Assembly: GCF_009914755.1 (NCBI RefSeq)
Contig: NC_060927.1
Source of the DNA: the human T2T-CHM13v2.0 reference genome, Homo sapiens
DNA length: 64,000 bases
Direction: 5' to 3' (one strand)
Under the pieces are notes generated by a model that was not told the DNA's origin, searched no databases, and saw only the letters and a list, made by a program, of their open reading frames with translations. Shown here in pieces: positions 49,411-64,000 of this stretch. The number at the start of each line of letters is the position of its first letter. The first letter of the stretch is position 1. The translations under genes and the position numbers were made by a program.

Positions 49411-50477
49411 ATTTCTTGGTTCTGCTGAATCTAACTTTATTTTAAAAATGAATAATCTTGCTTGAATGCTTTGTTAGCAAATAAGGAAAGCACCCTTTTT
49501 ACTCTTCCTTCACATTCATTCATTGCATTACATATAGTACAATGAAAACAGGAGATGGTTAAGATTTTTTCAATGCAGATCTGGTTGCCTTTTCATATTG
49601 ATTTGGACTGAGATAATTAAATTTGGGCTCTCAATCAAAGTGAAAGAATAAGCTATTTGCTATCTGAATAAGTATTTCTTATTAATTGATCAGACATGGA
49701 TAAGGTGTGTTATTACAACTATATTTGTAAGGTATGATTTATGTTGTTCTACTGCATATTACTCTGTGCTGTTTTTCATTTTCTTGCACTTTGGACTTTT
49801 TGTTTTGTTTTTATGAATTTAGTCACAGTTGGTTGTGTGTTGAACTTTGTAAAAATGTAATACTAAGGAAATTAAAAAAAGAAAGAAAATATTTTCAAAA
49901 TGATGTCAAAATCAAATCTACCCCTCACTAATTTGATTTGTAGGAAATGGAGAACAAAGTATTAGAAGCAGAATGCTTTTAAATAATCCTAATTACTTCA
50001 ATGTGCAAATGCATTGACTAAATCGAAGCATGCGTTTAACACTTTGCACTTCAATTGTGCTTATTCATCTAAGTTCTATAGATAGCAATTCTATAAAAAA
50101 CAAGAGATATAGCCAGCCATTCCATAGTTATTGGGGGAAAACTATTGTTCTAAAATTCAAGCTTACCTCTCAAGTCAGCCCACTTTTGGACTAACGCAGA
50201 TCATTAGGTCAAAGAACTCAAAATAACATAATTTACTGTAACTACTCAGGTTTTCCCAATTGACTCTGCCTTCCCTATTCTTTTTTTCTGCCTTCAGCGG
50301 GGTGGGGTGAGGACGTGGAGGAAGGAAAGCTTCTGTTAACAAAGCCACAGAGTGGAAGCAGCAAGGCTTTTGGTAGTCAAGCCACACAGCATTAAGCAGG
50401 GCCAATCTTAAGGAATAATGCCATGGGGTTAGAGTGGTTTGTGATCAAGGCTGAGATGGAGTCATGATGGCAGGGTA

Positions 50478-50662
50478 ACTTAGTACCTGGTCTAGGACCA
50501 GCTGCATCAGAACCACCTGCTGAGCATGTTAAAAAGACACATTTCAGGGTCTCACTCCAGAGCAAACCAACAGAATTAGTATCTCTTGAGGTGGAACTCA
50601 GATCTCCATTTTAAACAGGCTCCCCAAGTAATTCTTATGCTACTTAAGCCTGAAAGCACTGG
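50478..50662. mobile_element. MER5-family hAT element
   Basis: gcatcagaaccacctg...cattttaaacaggctccccaagtaattcttatgc. Confidence 0.75.
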
Positions 50663-50779
50663 CATATGCACTTAAGCTCTCTAATTCTATATCCAGCGAC
50701 AGCCCTGCTGCTACACCTGTATACTCTGTCCCAGTCTTCAAGACATATGTGCAAGTCCAACTACTTGTCCTGGGAGGCA

Positions 50780-50970
50780 TTAATGCTAATAATAATGGCC
50801 CAAGGGCTTAGCTAGGCATGATGTTATTTGACATGCAGTATCTCATCCAATCCCCACAGCAAACTACGAGACAAAGATGATTACTATTCTCATCTTTCAG
50901 ATGAGAAAACTGAAATTCAGAGAGACTTAGTAACTTGTTCTGGGTGCCACAATAATAACTGAAAGAGCTC
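50780..50970 (-). mobile_element. MIR
   Basis: cagatgagaaaactgaaattcagagag...taacttg. Confidence 0.7.
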
Positions 50971-51970
50971 TGAAGAACTATACTACTGTACTTTAACTCA
51001 GCCCTGCAGAAAAATATCTTGAAAGATGTTTACTTCTAAAGGTGTTCATAACTTGGTGATATCATTATTCCAAAGAAACTTGCCTAGATGCTAGTAAGAT
51101 AGATTATGGAATAACACACAAAGTGTAAGCATTTCTACCCAAGGAACTTTTCCTTAGATTATTTCATAGAGACTTAAACTCTCAAAAACTAGGCTAAGAA
51201 TCCTTCATTAGTTCGTTCAACAATTATGCACTTTGCCAGAACCTGAGGTATACAAAGATAAACAGGACATAGTCTCTGCCTTCACTAGACTTACAGTTCT
51301 GAAAAAGAGACAAGCTTGTGTACAAATGGTTCTGGGTTAACTTATACAGTCAGTGGAGGCCTGAGGGAGAGAGAGTAGTTCATTCTCCTGGCAGAAGGAA
51401 AAGAGGGTGAGGTCTGTAAAGTTTTAGTTACTCCAGCACTATGCCATTGGCTAATGTAAGGAACTTAGATTTTAAAGATTATATTTTTACTTGTACAGTT
51501 TTGTTACTAAAGGGGCAGACTAAGTTACTTGTATATTTCGAGCCAATAAAACTTTATCTGGTTCATTCTCTCTGGCATCAAACTGGTTTTCTTTTTTGGG
51601 TAAATTTCTGGGTACAGAGCCAAGTAAGTTGTTATGTTTATTCATTCTTACACAGAGCAACCGAGATTCTATTCTTGAAATGAGTGCCTAATAAATTTTA
51701 TCAGTAGTACTTTATTCCACCCAATAAAAGTGGTTCTTCCTTGACATACTGTGTCCTTTATTTTCACTTGTTTCAATTACTCAGAATGCTATTATTAGAT
51801 TTGCATATTTTCATAAGAGAAATTTAGAAATTACAAATGATTGAAAACAAAGAACAATCTAGATTCTTTCCTTTGTGATAAGAGAGGATGATCCCATATA
51901 CATGTAAATGTGCTTTGAGTATGTTAATCTTAGAAATGACTGAAGAAAATGACATTCTAAAGAAAATGAG

Positions 51971-52409
51971 GGCCAGGCATAGTGGCTCACGCCTGTAATT
52001 CCAGCACTTTGGGAGGTTGAGGCAGGTGGATCCCCTGAGCTCAGGAGTTCGAGACCACCCTAGGCAACATGGTGAAACCCTGTCTCTACTAAAATACAAA
52101 AAAGTAGCTGGGCTTGGTGGCACGCCCCTGTAGTCCCAGCTACTCGGGAGGCTGTGGCACAAGAATTGCTTGAGCCTGGGAGGTGTAGGTTGCAGTGAGC
52201 CAAGATCTGACACTTCATTCCAGCTTGGGCTACAGAGTGAGACTCCAACAAAAAAGAAAAAAAAAAAAAGAAAGAAAGACAGAAAGAAAGATGAAAGAAA
52301 GAAAAGAAAGAAACAGAGAGAGAGAAAGAGAGAAAGGGAAAAGAAAGAGGAAAAAAAGAAAAAAGAGAAAAAGGAAAAAGAAAAAAGAAAAGAAAAGAAA
52401 AGAAAAAAA
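51971..52409 (+). mobile_element. AluS with about 160-bp GA-rich expanded tail
   Basis: Alu dimer; purine tract 52248-52409; TSD aaaatgag. Confidence 0.95.
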
Positions 52410-52639
52410 TGAGGTTCTGGAACATCGAAGTTCAGGCTAATCACTTAAGGCAAAGGTACAAGGATCCAAAAAAGAAAAAGAAATTATGAAATATGATATG
52501 ATTCAGTTTGGGGAAACTGAAAATCTATGTATCCCATATTTTAGTAACTGAATAAATTGGAATCATACATGTATTCTTTTCTAAGTTGAATTATTACCAA
52601 ATTTGAGATTCAGTGTTTAGATTATTTACTGCTTGCTTA

Positions 52640-53370
52640 AAACTTTTATTTTTCAAATTATCAGAGTATTTTTCAAGCATTAAGAAAGTTCAATAAAAAG
52701 GCAATAGAAATATCAAGTAATTCCACCATACAGAGATAACTCCTCTTTACATTTGAATGTATTCTCTTACATCATTATCGAATACTTTCATTTTTATATT
52801 TGGGATTGTTTTAGGTATATATATTTATTTGTATCTTTTGGACCAGGAATTTTTAGTTGTGTTATTTTATAAACTTTTCCTAATAAAATATTGTTTAAAA
52901 TAACTTTAAGAACTATCTAATTTGCATATATGATATGTGGTGATACATATGGATATTCAATAATTTAATAATTTCTCGAATTTTGTAATTTAAGATTTTA
53001 AAATCTTTTTTCTCTTTTATAAATGACATTGTGATAAACACCTCTGTACCTAAATCTTTGTCTGAGATTCTATTTCCTCTAGACAGATGCCTAGAAGTAA
53101 AATTAATGGGTCAGAGGACATATTTTTAAAGCAAGGTTCTGGATAACATAATGCTACATTACTTTGCAGAATTTTGTGTCAATATATAGATATCCACTAT
53201 CACTATGAGTGTCTATTTCACTGTACCATTACCAGCACTGAAAATTACTATTTTTCATAAATCATGACTTTGAATCCTAGTGAATTATACTTTTTCATGT
53301 TTATTAGATATTTGTATTTCCTTTCATAATTTTTCTCTTTATATTCTTTTTAGCCATTCTATTTGACTGA
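52640..53370 (-). mobile_element. Old L1M 3' fragment
   Basis: cctagaagtaaaattaatgggtcagagg...accagcactg pattern. Confidence 0.65.
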
Positions 53371-55010
53371 ACATATATCTCAATATCTTCATATCTGTTG
53401 CTTCAACTTCATTTCTGATTGTAACACCATAGTCTGAGCTCTCCTTACCTTGCTCTGAATGATGGCATCATGTCTGCCTGGTCTGTATTCCAGGTTTCTT
53501 TGATTCTGATTTATTCTGCACACTGATGCCGAACAGTTATTTTGAAAATATGCTTTCATCATGTCAGTCCTGATCAAGAACCTATGACAGCTCCTGGTTA
53601 TTTATCTATCAGCTACATTCAACTGCCTCATTCAGGGGAAAATTCATCCCATTCTTGGATATTCCCTTATGAGTTCTGTTGAATAATTTAGGTTATTGCT
53701 ATATGGACCCTATATGCACTTACGTTTTTATAAGTGGGTATTTCTATATAAAGACAGGGAGACACAATGTGGAGTACTAGAATACAAGAACTGGAAAGGG
53801 CTTTAAAGTACATCAAAACCAACTGTCTACATTTATAAATAAAAAAAAGTGGCCTACAGAGTTTAATGAACTACCCATGGTCATGGAGCCAATTAAATGA
53901 CAGAACTAGGACTAGAAACTAAGTTGCATTATTCTCTTTTAGTGACTTTTAGATAGAGAATAATAAAAGTCATTTTTACAATTTAAAAAATAGAAACAGC
54001 TAGGAAGGCAGTTTAATTTCAATCTGTTGTTATGTATAAAAGATTGTTAAAATCATGCCACATAGAAGGCTTGAGTGTTCTTTTAACATGAATAATATGT
54101 ACTTCTTATAAATCAATCAAATGTATCATTAGAATTTCCATAAAATTTGCACATCTGCAAATGACCTAGTTTATTTATACTTTGCTTTTTCCCTTGCTAA
54201 TCTATATTGTTTTATTTAATCTGCTTTGCCACAATAAAAGCACAGTATTTTTTATCCTAGCATATTGCAGATTTTCACTAAGTTTCTTAATCATATCAAT
54301 AAAAAATCCAATTTTCCCAGCAAATTCATATAAAAGATTTCTTTTGACTATAGTTAGGGATTTGAAGAACTACCTTTAAAAAATAAAAAAAAAAAAAATA
54401 GGAACTACTTCAAAATGCCTCTATTTAAATAGTAAACAACACGAACTATTGTGGAAGAATGTGGGCTGTCATCCATTTAATATGATATGATGATTGCTAT
54501 ATATATTCAAGAATCCCACTGTATTTGCCAAATGAAAACTTAACGGTAGTCACTGGTTTAGAAACGAGAGTTACCAAATATATTTATTATTTGTGGAAGA
54601 GGGGTAGGGCATAAGAGGTAAATGTGGAAATAGCCATGAATGGACCTAACTTTGATAGAAGCTCACTGATTTCAAAGGGCTGATTAACAAAGCATGTGTT
54701 TGCCTAACAAAATAATTGACAGAAAAGGTATTTATTAAATCATAAGGTGATTCAACTGTTTATAAAATACAAGGTTTAAACAAAATGGTAGTTCATCAGC
54801 AGCAATGAGAGCTCAGCTATGTTTTCTTTCTCCGTGTGTGCATGTGTGTAACCAAACAGGTCCACCATTCACTTAACACTCAACCAATATTTATTAAGCA
54901 CCTACTTTGTGCTAGAAACCCTCTACTATCCAAAATAAGTAACCCTGTTATTTTGTTACAGAATACTCGACTACTCTGGACTGCTGTAAAATAAAAATTA
55001 ATAATAATTT

Positions 55011-55426
<416 letters not shown>

Positions 55427-55779
55427 TCATGTAGGATACTACTTCATTAATGACAATAATTAAACAGGCTTGAATGTTTTTCAGAAAAACAACAGTGATT
55501 ATTACCGAAAGAATAAACTGTACTTTAAAACTTCAAATTGCTAGATTGATAAAAGCTAAAAAGGTAATCACACATCAAAAAAGACAGAGAGAGAGTGAGA
55601 GTGAGAAAGTGAGTGAGAATAGACCAAGCAAGCATAAAAACATAGAAAATATAAAAAAGATTTATGAGATAGTACTAGATATATTTTTTATAAAACGAAT
55701 ATTAGTTAATTTAATTAACATTAAAAATAATAACCATAATAATGTTAAAAGATAACAAAACATAATTTAACCATAGGAT

Positions 55780-56010
55780 AGCAGTTTAAGGACACTAGCT
55801 TTGGTAGCAAAAACAGGATTCAAATATTATTTCTGCCATTTACTTGTTATAATCTCTTTCCTACTGGTGTATTTATTTAGACTATTTACCTCAACTTTCT
55901 GCTCTAAAAAATGGAAATAAGAATAACTGAACGTAGAAAGGATTGGGAAAAAATAATATGTAATGCTTAGTGACCAGCACAACTAAACATTCAATAACTG
56001 TAATTTGTAA
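55780..56010 (+). mobile_element. MIR
   Basis: ggattcaaat..tctgccatttactt...aaaaaatggaaataagaata. Confidence 0.6.
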
Positions 56011-56077
56011 TATTATGTGTTTTAAATGATGTATCTAACTATGTACCCATATAAATTTAAAAAAAAAGAAAAAAATA

Positions 56078-56185
56078 GAAAAATGGTGCTGATAGATTTT
56101 CTCAATGCAGAGTTGCCACAAGCCTTCAGTTTGTGAAAAACTCAATATCTGCGAAGTGCAATAAAGCAAAGCACAATAAAAATAA
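56078..56185 (-). mobile_element. Tigger1 terminal fragment
   Basis: Similar to 41828-41930 in this window (gttgccacaa...aagtgcaataaag). Confidence 0.75.
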
Positions 56186-56199
56186 TATAAAAAACATAA

Positions 56200-59100
56200 T
56201 AAAGAGAGATAAGAATCAAAGGAGTATTGTCCAAGATGTATTGTTACCTTAAAAATTCCGTGAAATATAAAATGTGAAAATCACAGAAACACAGTCAGAC
56301 TTAAAAAGAAGATGATTAGTTACAGAAAGCTACTAAAAGCAGCCCATGGTGCTGAAGCCATAGGCCTGCTGAAATCTGGATCTAGAATCACATCGAGATA
56401 CCTAGAATTCCAGCTCTTTAGAGTAATGAGGTCAAAGAGGCTCCATTTGAAATGGTGGACCTGAACCTGGCTTACTACTTTATCACGAGGCTACAAAAAT
56501 TTGGCCAACTACTGCCTGGGGAAACAGCTTATATAGGGCTGCAGGACCTGAGAGCTGGAAGAATAAAGATACAGCATTATGATAAAATATTCATATAAGA
56601 ATGAAGCTGAAAGCTACCATTGTAAGATCTGGATTGGGACTGAGAAGATCCAGATAAAGGCAACTGTAAAACCCCTAGTTAGGGACATGTGAACAAAACG
56701 AAACAAACAAAACAAAACCTGTAAAACAAAATTCTAAAGCATAACCAAGTAATGGTAAGAAAATCAATAATTGTAACATTCATTCCAGATAAATTTGATT
56801 TTATGAAATTATCTGACAATGACCTCAGCATGAATATGCTTGAGATGCTTAGTGATAAAGTACTCATACCTAAAAAAGAACAAGAAATGATTAAAGATAG
56901 AAATAAAATAAGAATAGGTGAATAAGAGTAAAACTTAATCAGAAATCTTAAAAAATTAAAAATGTTCATTAATATAAAAGTACAATAAATGAAATAAAGG
57001 AATTTCAAGGAAAGAATTGAGTGTATTGGAAGGTAATGTTAAGGAATTCACTCAGAAAAAAATTGTAGCAAGAAGAATTAATTTTTTGAAAATGAAATAG
57101 CAATTGAGATACTAATCAGTAAGCTGATTAGAAAATACCAATGTTTATCTTATAAGAATTCCAGAAAAAGAAAATGGAAGTAATGACAAAGGAACAATAA
57201 AGAAAAGGATAATAGCTGAGAATTTTCCAAAACTGGAGTCCTGAGATTAATAAGTATATCCTGAGTTCATGACTAATAATTCAAAATAAATCCACGTCCA
57301 GACACATTTCAGAGAAACTACAAGATATTTAGGATATAGAATAACTTTTAAAAGCTACCAGGAGAAAAAGCAGATTATTTATAAAGAGATAAAAACAGAT
57401 TGATAGATTTCTCTTAATTAAGAATAGTTGACAGAACAATAGTCTAAGATATAATTGAGTAATGTCTTTAAAATACTCAACAAAAAATACCCAGATAAAT
57501 TGCTATTTAAGATAAAAAACAAAATAAGTACATTTTTAGTTATATGAAATATATGTATTACCCAAGGTCCTCATTAAATAATTACTAAAAAAAAGTAACA
57601 AGAAAAGTGCACCCAGAAAGGAAGCCACAGGATCTAAGAATAATGGTAGGCATAGTAATATCTAAAAATATTAGTAAATATAATTAAGCATTGATTATAG
57701 ACAACAGTGATCACCACTTTTGAATATGGTTAAAAACAAATAGGTAAAACTAAAACTTCATACACAATTATAGTAACAAGATTGATACTTAATAGGTAAT
57801 TAAAAGATGCTATGTTAACCACCTTTTTTATACTAAGAAGAAGGTCAGAAATACTAAAAGGTCGATTTTATATTTTCTTAGAAAAATACACAGTTCAGTA
57901 TACACAAAAGAATTTTAGAATTAGTGCTAAAGAAACAGATAAACCACCTACAGATTTCAAGCCAGAAGTAAAATCCATGTACCAGATAAAATCACAAAAT
58001 AAGCTAAAAAAAGTTTTTCAATTAAAACCACATAAAACACATCATTTTATTTTAATGCGTTTAAATTCAGAAATAAATAATAAAAATAGAGCAAATATGT
58101 TTACAAAGTAAAAGCATACCCTTCTAAATACCTCAAGGGCTAAAAATAAAACAGATATTATGAAATATTTAAAATTGAACAAAACTACGTATCAAAACAT
58201 GGTATGCACCTAATGAGAAACCAGGAGAAAAATTTAGAGTCTGAAATTCATTTTTAAAGATAATAAAAATTATTGAAAGTAAAAGGGTAATAATTCAATT
58301 CAAGAATCTAGAAAAAGAAAAATGGCCTAAAAATATAAAAAAAAAGAAGGAATGAAATAACGCTAATGCTGATAAAAGCAGAAAGTAATGATTTAGACTA
58401 CAAATAAATAATAAAGTAGATAAGCAGAATCAAAAGCCAGTTTTTGTAAAGAAGTAAATGAAACAGAAAAATGTCTAGTGTCTAATAAAAAAAAGCAGAA
58501 GGGTCAAATAAATATTAGGAATAAGAGGGGAACATAAGGACAAAAAATTAAAAATCATAAGAATATATAAATAACTTTGTACAAATAAATTGAAGTATAA
58601 ACTGTGAACTGTATTTAAAAAAAATAACTTCCCAAAATTGACTAGAGAAGAATCAGAAATTTCCTCTGTGGTTATTGGTTTATTCTGATATTCAAGTCTG
58701 CCTACCTACAACCTACTGATGAAAATTACCAAGTTCAGATGACAAATACTCAGAATAAAAAATCCCAATAATGTGAAAACTGTTTAAGATATAGAAAAAA
58801 ATGAAATGTTACTCAGCTTATTTTGTGAGGCCAGTATTGTCACAGCAAAACTCTATAGTAACAGTTAAGAAAATAAAATTTAAAGATTGATCTCCCCATG
58901 TAAACATACTACATGTCAGTAAATTAAACTCAATAGTAGATTAAAAAATACACCAAGAGCAAGAATATTTTTTCCAAGAATATAAGAACTGTTTAATATC
59001 AGGAAATGTATTAATATCTTATAAAATATTAACATAGTAGTGGAAAATTTTATCATATTATTGATGCAGAAAATGCATTAGATAAAATTTAACTAGTATT

Positions 59101-61083
59101 TCTGATTAAAAACACTTAGTAAACTATAAATAGTTTAGGAACATATTAAGAACTTCCTTAATACAATAATTTCGATTTCTCAAAATCCCAAGCAAATGTT
59201 ATGTTTCTAAAACATTTCCATTAAAATAAGAAACAGAATAGATATTCTTAATGTGACTATCCTATTCACACTATACTGAGGTTTAGTAATGCAATATGAC
59301 AGGAAAAAATTGAACATTTAAGAATTAGAATTTAAGAGAATGACTGTCATTATTTACTGCTGACATACATGTTGCTGTAGAAAACTTAAGAGAATTTACC
59401 AGTTTAGTTATTCAAAGTAGTAAGAGAGCTCAGCAAAGTTGCTGAATATATAACAATAATAACCAATAAACAATGAAATGGAAAACAGATATGAATATAA
59501 TAATGTAAGAATCTAAGTTATATGAGGAACAATTTTACAAAATAGGTTCAAGAAATTTATGATGGAAATTTTAAAACATGATTATAGGATATGAAGATGA
59601 TCACAAATAGAGGGATATAGTATGTCACTGGGCAGCAAGACACATTATAAAAATGTCAATTCTCCCCAGATTATTTTCTAATGTTAATGTAATTACAAAT
59701 AAAATTCAGCAAGACTTTTGCCAAACTTGACCAACTAGCCCTAAAACTCATATTGAATAGCAAAAGACCAAGGGAGCTAAAAGAATCTTAAAAAGGAACA
59801 AGGTAGAGAGACTTATCTTACCAAGTAAAAAGAATATTATAAAGCTATGGTAATTAAGGGTTATGGTGTTAGTACAAGGATAGAAAAACAGTCCATCGGA
59901 TCAAATAAAGATCATATAAACAGATTTGATATAGGCAAAAGATGGCATTATAAATTAGTTAATAAAGAATGACTAATTTTTTAAATAATGCTGGGATAAC
60001 TGGGTTATCCATATGGAAAAAGAATAAAATAGGGTGCATGTAGGGTACCAGAACCAAAAATAATTCCAGAAGGATTAGAGATCTAAATGTAAATGGGAAA
60101 TCTTTAAAACTGTTAGAAGAAAATACAGAAAGGTAAATGACCTTGGCATGTGAAAGGATTTCTTAAATGACATAAAAGCACAAATTATGAAGGAAAATAT
60201 CAATAAGCCTAGTTGAGTTAATATTAAAAGCTTTATAAAAACAAATACTACTAAAGCCACAGTTAAAAGGGCACCTACAAATTGGGAAAAAATCTTTGTA
60301 ATCTCTATGGCCCAAAATATGAAAATCCAGAATATTACAACAACAGCAACAACTAATACCAAAAACCAAATCAAGCCAAACAAAACTCTTCCAAAATAAC
60401 AACAGCACAACAAATAACCCAACAGAAAGATGGACAAAAGATGCAAATTAGGCAACACAGAAGAGAAAATCCCAATGGCTTACAACTAAAAAAAAAAAAA
60501 AAGTTAATGAGATATTATTCAATTCCGATCAGACTGACAAAAATTTTAAAAAGTCTGACCATCACAAATGTTGTGAAGCATGTGGAGAAGCTCTCATAGA
60601 TTGTTACTGAGAATATAAATTGGTACAAATACATTGGAGGGAGGTTTTACAATACCTAGTAAAGTTCAAAATGCATATTTCTTAAAGTTTAGCATTTCTA
60701 CTTCTATGTATATATGTCTATAAAAATGTTAACTGTGGTCTTGTTTGTGATTGGGAAACAATTAAAATAATGTCCAACAATGAGAGAATTGATAAATAAA
60801 TTTTAGTAATACATACAGAAGAATACATTTCATATAAACCAAAATATATAGCTTATGTAAAACTAATTCATGATGATAGAGGTTACAGTGGTTTTGCTTG
60901 TTCTTTACCTTTTGTTAAAACTTTGGAAAATTTCACCTTCAAGGGGCACATACAAAGGATTCTTCTTAGGTATTATAAATATTCTGCACCTTGGGTTGGG
61001 TGTTGTCACATGTATACTCATCAAGGTATACACTTAATTTGTCTAATTCACTGTATGTAACCTATAATAAAATAATAAAAAAT
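56200..61083 (+). mobile_element. Ancient L1M (L1MC/ME-like), long and degenerate, with ORF1, ORF2 and 3'UTR remnants
   Basis: A-rich sense strand; ORF2 remnants (gatgcagaaaatgcattagataaaatt, aatgtcaattctcccca, gctgggataactgg..tccatatgg); 3' end aataaaaataataaa. Confidence 0.85.
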
Positions 61084-61181
61084 AGGTTCAGAAACAAATG
61101 TTCCAAATTATTAAACTTCGTTTAACCTGGGTTCTGGATTCTTGTATTTCATATTATCCTTTATACTTCCATGTGTTTTAA

Positions 61182-61474
<293 letters not shown>

Positions 61475-62674
61475 TGTGTTTTAAATATTTTACATTAGAA
61501 AATGTATAAGGCAAACACCATAGATTTTCCTAACTAGAATTAATCGAGGTAAAGGAAAGCACTAGTGTCATCTTCTCTTCACTATCTCTGATAATAGAGC
61601 CCAATATTAGTAAGCACTTCACAGCCAAACATGCCTACAAAGTGATTATTTTGTTGAATCAAAAGCAAAAGTTTTCATTCACTTCTTGACTGACTATAGA
61701 ATCTCAGGCTTCCTTAAGTGAGTGACCAGAGGGATATATTGTTGATATAGACAGATGCTGCCAATGCACAAAGATCATCCATTTAGGTTTTTCAGTTGAT
61801 GAAGTGAGGCATGCATTGCCAGACTTTACTTACATGAATTAACAGAATCAACAGGTGATTTGGTATCAGTACTGCTATTGGCTGGCGGGTTTCACCTCTG
61901 GTTTCAGAAAAGAAAGAGATGATACCTTTTCAATGCTGCATTTCAAGTCAACCATATGAAAAGCAAAGTTTTATTCCAGTCACTTTTCTTTCTCTCACAT
62001 TGTGGAAGAAAAGTGCCAGCCACTGCTACTCTAACCACTAACCATGGTACAGATGTTTGAAAAATGTGAAACAGAGAAATGAAACAAAAAGGAAACCCTC
62101 AAAAATTAAGTTTCGCATAAGTGAAAAATACAGTATTTATGTATCATAACTGCAAAAAGATCAATGGACTTTTTTCTCATGTATTAAACAAAAATAAACA
62201 CAAACATTGATTTTTTGACTTAGTGTTTTGTTGAAACCAACAATTACAAGGACCAACTCAAACATGGCTAAAAGTGGGAATAAAAATAAGATTTCTTTTA
62301 TCCTGATAAAAGATTTTTTATCACCAAGAACGTTACAGTATGACCTACTTAAGTGAATACTTATTAAAGAAACAGATTCATTTAAAAAACATGTTTTTAG
62401 GTAAATAGGAACGGTGCAAGTGTTTCTTTGAAATCTTACAAAAGATAAAAATTAATTGAACTAACTAAGGTTCCTTACCCTATGCAAATAAGAAACGGCT
62501 TAGAAAGAAATGTCTTCAAACTGTTGAAATGTATATTCCTTAGTTGGTGTAACCAATGTGAGGTCTCAGTTACTATAATAGCAAATGTTCTATTAGATTT
62601 AAGCACATCAGTGCAAATTATTAAAATGAGACTGTCTTTGTTTAAAATAAAGCTTTAAAAAATGTAATGTAATC

Positions 62675-62860
62675 TCTGAGGGAGTATTGCCTGAAATGAA
62701 AGTTTTAGGCCGAGCTCTGCCACAATCCTATTGCGCATCTTGGTTCATCTGATTAAACATCTTTGGGTCTCAAAATTCACATACATTCACATTTCTAAAG
62801 TGAGTGTGATATAAAGTCATAGCTTGATCATCAAACTCCTTTCTAGCCCTAAAATTCTAC
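62675..62860 (+). mobile_element. MIR fragment
   Basis: gagctctgccac...tctttgggtctca...ccttctagccctaaaattcta. Confidence 0.5.
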
Positions 62861-64000
62861 GTATCTAATGAGATTAATTTATCATGAGGTGTTTTTCTTC
62901 TTTCCTTTGTTAATTTCCTTACAATAAATAGACAAATAAATGATCAAATAAGCAAATAAATAAATATTAAAAAGACATACACACACTGATAGCTATCCAT
63001 CTGAATAGGAAGAAAGACTTTTTTTTGTTTGCCATTATCTATCCCCTAATGTGTATTTAAAAAGAGAGCTCCCACAGAAAAGATTTTTATTTTTTTCTAA
63101 ATCAAAAATAGTGTATCATTTATTTGCCATTTAAGTTCTACTAAGAAGGAAAACACAAAATCATTATGGAAATCCTATTAGGAACTTTAGAAAGAAAAAG
63201 CTGATGAAATTCCATTTACAATTCAAATTGTTCATTCACGTATTTCCTTTTGCAGAAACTTTAAATGCTGCCTCAAACTATCTTCACCTCTTTTTCCAGG
63301 GACAATATCCCTAACTCTGTTAAAAAAAAAAAAAGGCTCTCTTCTCACACCCTTCCCACCTGTCCTCTGAGGTAGTTGTTCCACAAAGCTAAGGTATAGA
63401 TTACATCAAGAGATATTTGGGATGGGAGTAAAACATTTCACCCTGGAGACAGTAATGTGTGCAATTTGCCAAGTCTAAAAGAAAGTTAAGCCTCATCACC
63501 ACTTTGGCAAGAAATGTGGTTCTCATGGATGGACAATGATTATCATTTTTACACAGAACTTTTGAAAATGAAAGTACCTGGGGCACCAGCCAGAAAATAA
63601 GTACGAGAATGCAAGTTTTTTGCGTCAATATTTAAATCAGACAAAACACTATCAGTGTACCCTTAACAGACCTGAAGCGTCTAGAAAGAATACAAGGCAG
63701 CTGACACCTTGGTGAATAAGAGCAGCTCAGTTTTATGAAAAGGCCAAAGTCTTAGGGCAAACTCTCTGTTGTTCCAAGTGCTGATATACCTATGGCATCA
63801 ACAAAGGCAAAACACCATAGGGGGCAATAGGCAAGGCTTCTCTTACAGGCAAGGCTCCTGTTAAAGGCTGGGACCCTCTGGACTACACACTCGAGGAACC
63901 CCAAGTGTGGGTCCCTGAGGGGAGGAAGTTTCCTCAAACAGAACGGCGAGAGGCTGAAGTTACACAGTGTAGGAGTACTCCCTGCTGGCAGCTGAGGTTG

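Noticed and set aside
51824-52444. 206-aa F/S/L-rich and K/E/R-rich ORFs
   Set aside because: Translation of an Alu and its GA-rich tail; low-complexity artefact.
63401-63937. ORFs of 75 and 61 aa at the right edge
   Set aside because: No recognisable homology or splice-phase support; sizes are expected by chance.

Overview
AT-rich primate genomic DNA (human-like: AluY/S/J, full-length L1PA7-like LINE, Tigger1, MER2, L2, MIR, MLT1). I recognise no intact protein-coding gene; nearly all long ORF-track entries come from repeats or chance. The main signal that repeats do not explain is a decayed, intron-containing gene on the minus strand from about 42.1 kb down to about 4.7 kb. About 20 exon-like blocks have splice-site-like ends, and their phases chain together across many consecutive junctions. 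They add up to roughly 7.3 kb of coding sequence (about 2,400 codons) broken by nonsense codons, frameshifts and two transposons (MER2, AluY) inserted inside exons. I could not name the parent gene. Several motifs weakly suggest doublecortin(DCX)/ubiquitin-like repeats plus a ricin-B QxW-like segment, as in DCDC1. Other points: an L1 antisense 5'UTR ORF reads in frame into one relic exon, a strong CTCF motif, an L1 twin-priming inversion with a large deletion, and two small tandem repeats. Repeat subfamily calls are from memory of consensus sequences, not from a search.
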